NCBI GenBank assembly: GCA_951406725.2
Contig: OX597822.1
Location: forward strand, 22,754,001 to 22,818,000
DNA: 64,000 bases
From: Octopus vulgaris
Taxonomy: Eukaryota
Reading direction: 5' to 3'
Shown: in pieces, positions 40,097-51,212 of the stretch
Numbering within the stretch: the stretch's first letter is position 1
Layout of the letters: each line of letters begins with the position of its first letter
Position numbers and translations under genes: made by a program
The notes under the pieces: model-generated
The model's database searches: none
What the model was told of the DNA's origin: nothing
What the model saw: only the letters and a program-made list of their open reading frames with translations

Positions 40097-43000
40097 GGGG
40101 GTCAATTCATTCAACTAAAAATTCTTTAAGGCAGTGCCCCAACATGTCTGCAGTCTAATTGCTGAAACAAGTGAAAGATAAAAGATATATATATCATCAT
40201 CTTCATCATCATCATCATTATCATTGTTTAATGTCCACCTTCCATGCTGGCATGTGCATGTGCATTCTGTTTGCTGTATATTTGAATTTTCATCACTTTA
40301 TTCGCAGAGACACTAACTCTATGGTTGAAGAATTCATGTTGCTGGGCAATATTGCTGCTGCTAAAAAGATCTACGAAACTTTTGCAGAATTTGCTGTTCT
40401 ACGTAGACATCCTGCGCCACCCCTCTCCAACTTCAAACCTTTGATAATGGCAGCAGCCTCCAGGGTAAGTCTTGCTCTGCTCATAGTTCACAATTACCTA
40501 ATCTAAGTTAAAAGAAAAATAATACTTTCTGTCATAGGCACAATGCCTCATGTTTTTGGAGACAGTATCAGTTGATTTAATCTATTCTAGTACATAACTA
40601 GTACTTATTTTATTGACTGGGAGGAGAGAATGTGAAGTTATCTTCTGCTGGATTTAAATTGACAACATAAAGGGATGCAGCAAAATACTTAAATGATTGT
40701 TAAATGGTAGTAGCAGGAAAAGCATCCAGCTGTGAGAGCAGTTCATTGTCTTCATCATCTTCATCATCATCAAGGCTGTAACATAGATGAAAGTTCCTGA
40801 TGAGCTGAATTTGGGGCCTAAGTTTGATTCTGGTTGCATCTCTTCTCATTTACTTGTGTTTTTTTTTTTATATATTCAGGAAAAGCTAGGATGAAATGGC
40901 TTCTCATTTCCCTTCCTTAAAACATATTGTCTTGGGTGGTGATGATGATGATGATTACACAAGCAATGGGTTATGGTGACAAACATGAATGACGATAATG
41001 AGTGAAAAGTGTCAAAAGCTGCATATGGAAGGTGCTTTTGGAAGAGGAGGATGTGAAGTCTAACCTTAGGATGCAGGATCTCATGAAGGACTGTGCCATG
41101 TAGTAAAATATATTACTGAATTACTGAAATAGGACTGTGTGGTTTCAAGTTCATTCCTTCTGCGTGGCACCTTGGGCAAACGTGTTCTTCCATAGCCTTG
41201 GGCCTTAAAAAGGCTTTATTAGTAGATTCGGTAGATGGAAACTGTGTGTGTGTGTGTTTATGCATGTTTGTGTGAGTGTTTGTTTCTCTTTGTTTTATCA
41301 TTGCGTAATAGTTATAAACAAATGTCACTGTTATACAAGCAGTGTCCCTCGTTTCCAGTCTTCTGTGAAAACATGTCCAGCCATTAGGAAATATTAACTT
41401 TGCTTGAGTTGGCAGCAGGAAAGGCATCCAGCTGTAGAAAACCTACTCAAACAAATTGTCTGACCTTTCGACATTTTTTTGATGTAAACGATGAGCTGTG
41501 CAGCCTTTGCTAGCCTGAAAAACCAGACATAAAAATGATGTTGATGTTGATTATATCAATGGAGAAGGAGAACTTTAATACAGCTTGAATGTGACGTTTT
41601 TTCCATCATTTTAATTCTTTGGTACAATTCTTACTGCCAGCATTTTTTCTTGTTTTTTTGTCATTCTCTCTTTCACTTCTTTATAGGGAATTGAAATGGA
41701 CTGTACCACGAGCAAGGCATTAGCCGATTCTTTGGACAATGCAGATATGGGTGAAGATAACAATTCTAATATAATGTTGCGTATGATGACAACTCGCTGT
41801 ATGATGCAGGCCGTGTATTTCTGCAGTGGGACACAATCAGAATCAGAATTTGTTCATTATGGTTTGGCAACAGCCATCTATACTCATTTTACTTCACCCA
41901 TCAGAAGGTAGATAACTTGTTCTTCCATGGTATCGAACCAGTCACTCTACACCTCTCATGTCTTATACCACCATTGTAATAATGCTCAATTTGCAGATCT
42001 TTCCAATTTTGCTTATGATAACGGCTTCTCTCTTGCACAAACCATACTTGGTAGCTTGCAGAATTATGATCAAAGACATTCTAGTAGTAACCATCTTTAC
42101 TGTTTGTATATTGTTTCATATGTTTTGTTTGTGTTTTTTTTTAAGATGGTAAAATTTGATTTGAAGGAGCTCGGCTGCTATTACTTGTGAGTCGAACAGT
42201 TGAAGTTACAGTGATAAAGTGAAGGGCATGGCCAATTTGCAAGCCCTGATTCATGGTGGCATTTACTTCAATGATATTTTTTGCAACACCGCTATTTGAA
42301 GCAAAATGGTTTTATTCAAGCTTATTCATTTCCTTCTTCTTGATTATATTAATTGGCTTATAATATCTTTGAAAAACATTAACAAGAAAAAAATCCTTTT
42401 ACTTGAAATAATAGGAAAGCTATTAAAAATCAGCTTTAGAATTCAAATTATATTTTCTCATCTTTTAACCCTTTTCTTTCCATAAGCACAGGCATGGCTG
42501 TGTGGTAAGAAGTTTGCTTCCCAAACTCATGGTTCCAGATTCAGTCCCACTGTGTGGCACCTTGGGCAAGTGTTTTCTTCTATAGCTTAAGGCCAACCAA
42601 AGCCTTGTGAGAGGATTTGGCAGACGGAAACTGAAAGAAGCCCATCATGTGTATATATATATATATGTATATATTTGTGTGTGTGTGTGTGCATCTGTGT
42701 TTTTCTCCCTGCCATCACTTGACAACCAATGCTGATGTGTTTATGTCTCTGTAACTTAGCAGTTCAGCAAAAGAGACCAACAGAATAAGTACTAGGCTTA
42801 CAAAAAATAAGTCCTGGGTTTATTTCTTTCACCAAAAACCCTTTAAGATGGTGCTTCAGAATGGCCACAGTCAAAATAACTGAAACAAGTAAAAGAATAA
42901 AAGAATATTTCTATTCGACTGCTCTGCCTTAGTTTCACTTAATTTAAAAAATAATGAAGAATTTAGTAAAATAACTTTTTAATTATTAAGTTGGTGTTCG

Positions 43001-46000
43001 GAAGATTCATTAACTTGCAATTTTAATGGAAGATTTTAATTTAAATCATTTTGTGCCATAGAACCTGCAGCAGACTCTGGTAGTTTGGTATCAATAAAGC
43101 TAACAGGCATGGCTGTGTAGTTTAGATGCCTGCTTTACAGCCATAAGACTTCAGGTTCAGTCCCACTGCATGGCACCTTGAGCAAGTCTCCTCCACTACA
43201 GCCTCAGGCTGACCAATGCCTTGTGCATGAATTTGGTAGACAGAAATGTGTGAAAGCCCATCATATTTATATGTGTATATTTGTGATTGTTCCCCAACAC
43301 TTGACAACCAGTGTTAGTTTATTTACAGCCCTGTAACTCAGCAGTTCAACAAACAAGACTGATAGAATTAGTACCAAGCTTAAATAATAAGTATTGGAGT
43401 CAATTTGTTCAACTAAACCCTTAAAGTCGGTGTTCCAACATGGTCACAGTCCAATGACTGAAGCAAGTGAAAGATGAAAAATGATTATCGATAAAGCTAT
43501 TATCTGTTCATTATTCTAAGAATTTATTAAATGCTTTTATTTGACATCTGAAAAACCATTAATTTTTACTCCTATTTATCCTTGGGGAGAACATGATATT
43601 TCTGTTTTACTCCAGAGAAGCTAAAGTTGATGAATGAATTTTCGTTAATATCTGCAGTTTTATTTCTGTAATCTATTGAGTGCCCTTTTATCTTTCACCT
43701 GTTACAGATACCCTGATATATTAGTCCATCGGTTGTTGGCCCTTGCTATTGGCGCTGATGCATCTTATCCAGATTTGTTAGATAAAACCAAACTTCAGGT
43801 TTGTTCTAATTTTTTTTCTTTCAGCTATGGGTGTGTGATAAAAAGTTTACTTCTCAATCACATGGTTTTGGGTTCTATCCTACTGCATGGCATCTTGGGC
43901 AAATGTCTTCTACTATAGCCCCAGGCCAACCAAAGCTTTGTGAGTGGATTTGGCATGGTTTCTACAGCTAGATGCCCTTCCTAATGCCACCCACTTTACA
44001 AAGTGTATTGAGTACTTTTTTTGTTTTGTGGCACCAGCACTTGTGGTGATCACCTTATAACACGAAAAAGTAAAAGTTTGAAGAGACCCCTAAAAAAGTG
44101 GGTGATGGTCCTAGGTAGATGAGTGAGGGTAGGTAAGTAAGAGAAGAAGATGGTGGAGGTATGACGGAATAAGAGTGGAAAGGGACTAGTGACAGGGGTT
44201 ATTGAAAAGAAAGGAGGGATTGTTAAAAGGTGTAAGGGTGCATTGTGTATGACAGCTGGTCTAGGACTGTCCAACATTATAAGGGGTGAATATGGACAGA
44301 AGGGATGGGGTAAAAAGGAACAAGGAGGAAGCAATAATCATCATTGTTCGACCGTGGTCGAGACAATGGAATTTACTATGTTACGCCAGACTTCACGGTC
44401 CATCATAGCATTACGGAGGTCCTGTTGCTGGATGCCTGTATCCCTGGAGATTACATCAGGGTAGGAGAGTGTGCGCCCTCTGGTATCATGAGCAGAAGAG
44501 TAGAAATTACCTCGTTTTCAGCTCTACAACAATGTCCAGCAAACTGGACTCTTCTACCTTTCACAAGAGATGATACAGGTGGTAATTTCCCATATATTTA
44601 TACTTTGGTTGGATGACGCTTCCACGAGAAATTTTGAGCTCTCATAAGGAGGCGAGTGTAAGTTCCATCCAATCACCTCTCAAGCTTCTTTGATAACATC
44701 CAGGTTTCTGAGCCATATAGTAGAATTGGTTCGACTGTGGCTTTGAAGATTTTAAGTTTGAAATCTCTACTTAGATTTGATGACCAAGCAATAAAGTAGA
44801 ACATCAAGAAAATATTTATTACTAAAGTATTTTTGTTGCTTTCTAATTTCTTATTTTTTAAAATAAGAATAATTTTGGAAAGTTTTTAAAATAATAAATC
44901 ACATGATGCATCTTTTTTTTTTTCCTTTTCTTCAGGATATTTGTCTTCATTGCAACTTCCGTCATAAAATGGCACAAGACGCTTCTCGAACATCTGTCAA
45001 TCTTCACACTCATGTATGTTGTTGTCTTTTACTGATATTTATTATGATATCATTGCTCTTAAATATTACTACGTATCATTAACATCGCTAAGACTTAACT
45101 ACAGTTGCATTCACAATTTATGGAAAATGGTATGTTTCGCTACACAAAAGCATGGTAGACTTTCTATCTCTCTCTCTCTCTTTCTCTTTCCCTACCTCCC
45201 TCTCTCTCTCTCTCACTCTCTCTCTCTCTTTCTCTTTCTCTCTCTCCCTCTCTCTCTCAGTTCATTTTCAAAACAAATAACAATATAATAGCATTGGAAA
45301 ACGTGAGATGGGAATCTTCTTTTCATTTAAACAAATTAGTGAAGCAAGATCCCATTTTATGCAACAGAAGGTGCATGACCTAGTGGTTAGGATGTTGCAC
45401 TCATCATTGTAAGGTCACGGTTTCAATTCCTGGACTGGGTAGTGTATTGTGTTCTTGAGCAAAACACTTCATTTCATGTTTCTCCATTCCAGTCGGCTGT
45501 AAATGGAAATATGTGCCAAAGAAGAGTTGTTTTGTTTTTTTTTTGCAGAATGTGTGTGTGTCAATTAGTGTACAGCTTAATGAAATCATTTCCTTGTTGC
45601 ATATTATTAGAGCTAATGGACCTAAGTCTTCTATCTTGAGCTTAAACTTCCATGAAATATGCTAATATTGTATTTTTGTTTCTGTGGAAATGAGAAATAT
45701 GTTTTGAATTTCTACCTCCATTTTTTTTTTCCTGAAATTTATATATTTTAAATTCTAATTAGATAGCTGCTATATGAATTGTCTTTTTCTTTATAGATAT
45801 TCTTCAATGAAAAGAGATGCGATGAAGAAGGTTACATTCTGTTTGTACGTAAAAATGCTATCCAAGTACTTATTCCAAAATATGGCTTGGAAGGGACCAT
45901 TTATATCAAAAAAGAACAGAGTTCAATTCTTGTCTTTGATGATGAGGTAAGCTCAAAACCTTTACCATTCCAAAATCAGTGTAGAAGTAGAATGATGGTT

Positions 46001-49000
46001 GCATGCAAAATTTATTTTTCTGAGTTTTGAAATTTATTCTTTAACGTTTATTAATGTTTTTTCATCAGTTAAAAAATAAATTCATAAATCTTTACAAATA
46101 TAGGCACAGGTGTGTCTCTATAGTAAGAAGCTTGCTTCCCAACCACATGGTTCTGGGCTCAGTCCCACTGCCCAGTACCTTGGGCAAGTGTCATTTTCTG
46201 TATCCTCAGGCCAACCAAAGCCTTCTGAATGGATTTGGAAGATAGAATCTGAAAGAATCCCATCACATATCTATATGTGTGTTTTGCATTTGCCCCATCA
46301 CCACTGCTTGACAACCAGTCTTGGTTTGTTTTTATGTCCCCATAACTTAGCAGTTCAGCAAAAGAGACTAATCGAATAAGTACCAGGCTTTAAAAATGTA
46401 ACTGGTGTCTATTCATTAAAGCACAGCCACAAACTAATGAATGAAACAAGTAAATGATAAAAGATATTAAACTAAATTTCAAATTATTCCTTTTATAACC
46501 ATATTTCAAAAGAAATGCTTAACCAGTGTTTTAGTTACAATTGGAAATAGTTAAGAATTTAGAAGGATTTACTAAAATAGATAACTTTTTCAGTATTTAT
46601 TGTTTTGTTGCCTTCGGGGTAAGCAGTAAGTTGATTACATTGATCCAGTACTCAACTGGTACTTATTTTATTGAAAGGCGGCGAGCTGGCAGAAACATTA
46701 GCACGCCGGGCGAAATGCTTAGCAGTATTTCGTCTGCCGCTATGTTCTGAGTTCAAATTCCGATGAGGTCAACTTTGCCTTTCATCCTTTCGGGGTCGAT
46801 TAAATAAATACCAGTTATGCACTGGGGTCGATATAATAAACTTAATCCGTTTGTCCTTGTTTGTCCCCTCTGTGTGTAGCCCCTTGTGGGCAGTAAAGAA
46901 ATAGGTACTTATTTTATTGACTCCTAAAGGATGAAAGGTAAAGTTGACCTTGCCAGAATTTGAACTGAGAATGTGAAGACAGCCAAAATGCCACTAAGCA
47001 TTCCACTTGGTGTGCTAACAATTCTGCCAGCTTATTAGAAACGTAAATCAACATGGAATTCTGATGGAAGATCACTTCAGTCCTTTTGATGCCAACCCAC
47101 TTGAGACCACCTTTGGTTCTATAACACAAATTCAATGTTAATTTATATTCAAAGCACCTGCTTCATAGCAACATAGTTATTTCAATAAATCCTTAATTTT
47201 TTTAAAAAAATTAATTGAAACAAAAGCAAAATGGTTATCCTGTTTCAGCAGAAATATGGTAACAAAAATGTTAAAATATGAAATTTGTATCAAGAGCAGC
47301 CTGTAGCAGGTTGGTGTCAGAAGATAAGCTAGTATTTAAACTGGCCATATTCAGCCCAAATATTCTACCCACTTTATGTTCAAACTGATCAGACCTAGCT
47401 TCTCACACCTATCCTAAAATGTCATCCTAAAAAAATAAACAATCACATTATCAAGATGTTGAAGCTGTGATATGATGAATAATTACTGTAAAAATCCATG
47501 TAATTTGTGCACCTGTGTAACTTGTGCAGGTGATTTTCAGGTTAAAAATTGTTTAAAAAAGCTTCTGCTTGCATAAAATTTGCACCTAAAAGTTTTCAAA
47601 ATTGCCAATGTGGCCAGGGGGAAAGGGTTTTCAATTCAGTTGTAGTTATCATAATTTCACTTACTTATGATTAGGTTTAATTAGATTTTCATTAAATAAA
47701 AATAATTTCTGTTTAACATGTATCACATTGAAAGCTATTAAATTATGAAGTGTTTGTGTTGTTTATAATAAACTTTATTTTACATTTCTTGCCCACAAGT
47801 GACTATGTCTGATCTTTAGCATACTTCTGTATGTCTTCTCAAATCACGATTACAGGAAAAGTTGTTGATAATTCTTAACAAAACCAAAGCTGATAAATAC
47901 GCACAGGTGTTGCAAATTAAGATGGATTACCAATAAACATCAGCTTGGATAACACTTTACTCAACCAACAGAGGAAGGTGACTGATCAGACTGATTATGT
48001 AAACAGAATTCTGATTGATCGAAAGTGTTTTCTTGTCTCAAGCTCTGATTTTCTACCTTTTCTTGTCGGAACCTTTGATATAGAGTATCAAAATTATAAT
48101 CCCATTCACACTTATAAAATGTCAAGCAAACTTTAAAATTTGTCATTACCATTTTAGCCAGGAGACGAAACTGATAGTTTGGTAACCCACTAAAATAAAC
48201 ATAAAAAATTGAAAGGAGAAAATAAACAGCTTTGCAAGTTTTAACTCAGTGTTTATTGAATAAGAGAGGTGCAAAATTTAAGAACGACTTGTTAGAATAT
48301 ACATGTCTGTGAGAAGACATAAACAAGAATAGCAAAAATCTACTATACCAAAAGAACTGGTAATGCATGCATTACAAGTGTTCTATGAAGATAACATAAG
48401 ATTACTGCATAATTCAACATAAATGTGAAATGACATTAAACATTGTATAAGGTAAATGAAGGTTTCTGTAGGAATGCCAAGTCATATTCACTAAGTGAGT
48501 TTACATGTGCAAGGATGAATTATGATGCCATCAATGTTAGATGCAGTAAAATATGGCCTGGAACGTGATTACCAGCTTGAACATAAAACTTCAAAAAGTA
48601 GTTAACCATTTAATGGTTTTAGTAAATTTATACAGAAAAAGTAAGCATTATACTGTCCAGTCAAACTTCATTATATTCTTTTCTTTAAAAACCTATTCTG
48701 ACATTAAATGAGTCCACTTCCAGTATGAATATTTACATTTGTACATCATTTTTCAACAAAAATTTTTTTTTAATTCTGGAAATGATCTACTCATATAATT
48801 TACACACCCACTAAAGTCTAGTTTTGTTTTTGTGAAAATAAGTGCGTAAATTACAGGGTTTTTACAGTAATTCCAAACTATGTGTATAGATAAGCATTAT
48901 GTTCGACAAGGTAATCCTGAATACTAAAGGTTTAAAATCTATCCAAAAATGTTTTATATAAAATTATCATGGAACTATCAATATGACTGATCCATAGGAA

Positions 49001-50910
49001 TTGACATGACTACTGTTTTTAACCCCAAGAGGGGCTGCTCTCTCCAGCTGAGGTTAAAAATGTTAGTTACATCAGTTCCTAACATGTAACAAGTCATATC
49101 AATGACTTCTTGGTATAGTTAGTACTTTCGTCTATAGAGATTTTCTAAGTAGCTATTTTGTTTGTTGCAATATCATGGACGATTTTAAAATAAGTTTTGT
49201 ATTATAGAAATTGGAGCGGTCTCAAGCAGGTTAAAACCGAGTGTTAAAATTTTTAAAATATTTTTGGAAATAAAATTTGTTTGGTGTTGGTTTTAGATTT
49301 TGATAAATCTTGCTTGGTTAATTATAAATAAAATGATGGTTTTTCAGAAATACCAAATGAAAGCTGGAGATGTTGTACTGAAAGTCTTTGATCAAGTCAC
49401 TGTGCAAATTCATATTGATAAATCCAATGTACAACATTTGAGGCTCCACCTTGATCTCGTTGAGCCAAAAGTAAGTACATCAAATCATATTGAATCATCA
49501 TAAACACACACATATGCATTCATACATATATGTGGGTGCTTATAGGCAGTTAATTATATGGCCAGTCATAGAGTAACCAATAGTTTTGCATCTATAAAAT
49601 GCTATAATCAACTTCCTATAAATACATTACTGCTCTGACATTTAGAGTTAGCTTCTTTTTCAGACATATGATCTACTGATGATTATATATATATATGTAT
49701 ATAATACCTTAAAAGTGAACTTGAATGTAGCTTGCTTGCAATGTTACTCAGCCAAACTGGCGCATAATGGGAAAATACTATGAATTAGGTCCCCTATGAA
49801 ATATGAATACAAAAGGAGTAAAACAAGTTTCACATTAATTGGACAACTGTTTGTTAAAATATTAGGGGTTTTCGGGCTATAAATACCCCAAACAATGAAT
49901 AGTGGGAAAATACTCTGAAAATAACTTAATCCTGAAAGGGAAGGCACTCTAACCTATTGATTAGACAGTAACTTGACGATGAATTTGCCACACACAAAAA
50001 CTATCTTTCCAGTTAGCCTTCCTTTTCTACAGATTGAGCAGGGCCATCTACCTGAAGGGATTTGTGGTTTGGGTTTGTCTGCCTTCCTACTTATTAGGAC
50101 TTTAGTTTTAGCTAGGTTGATTCTAAGGCCCTTTGATTCTAATCCTTGCTTCCACACTTAAAACTTTTCCTCTAGTTCTGATAGTGACTCAGCTATTAGA
50201 GCAAGGTCATCAGCATAGAGGAGCTCCCAGGGGTTCCCTGTCTTGAATTCCTGTTATTGCCTGGAGGACTATGATGAATAAGAGGGGGCTGAAGATTGAT
50301 CCTTGGTGGACCCCTATCCCTACCCAGAATTCTTCACTGTACTTGTTGCCAACCCTTACCTTACTGATAGCATCCATGTACATGGCTTGTACAGCTGTCA
50401 CTAACCATTCATCTATCCCTAGTTTCCTCATTGACCACCAGATAAGGGATCAGGGGAACCCTGTCAAAGGCTTTCTCCATGTCAACGAAAGCCAGGTACA
50501 GAGGTTTATCACCAACATTTTATTTTGTTTTTTATTTGAAAGAAATTCAAGAGCACACATGACATGTCAACAAACTTCACCATCTACAATGCACTCATAA
50601 AGAATGGTGTCACTCTTTGTAGGTGAACTGCAAACAAGTTTATCACTGTACCCGTAGCTCAGTGTAACTTAGTAAGCAATCACATAGTCACACATGTTCA
50701 CTCATTATTGCCCATACATGTACACACACACAGACTCAGTGGGTTACTTCCAGTTTCTATCTACCAAGTTCCTCACAAGGCATTGGTGGGGCCTGGAGCT
50801 GTAATATGAGTCACTCATGTGAAGTGCCATGCAGTGACACTGAACCAAGAGCCTTGTGATTGAGAAGTATATTTCTCAAACACTTGGTTATGCCTACCCT
50901 TATGTATACA

Positions 50911-50960
<50 letters not shown>

Positions 50961-51178
50961 ATTAATGAGAGAAACGAAAGATGGAAAATACGAGAATGTT
51001 TATTAATCTCTACAGTTGTTTCAACCCATCTAGCATTAATCCCTCATGGGTGGGATACTTCACATTCTTTTATCTTCTATCTTCCATCTCTCTTATCAAT
51101 CAAATACCTACAAACACTATGAAAGTGAACATGCTTTACCAGTAAGCTACCAGTTGTATACTATACAATTTAGCTAAC

Positions 51179-51212
<34 letters not shown>

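Noticed and set aside
40796-40830. CTGATGA as a hammerhead core or C/D box
   Set aside because: No downstream stem plus GAAA, and no supporting snoRNA structure.
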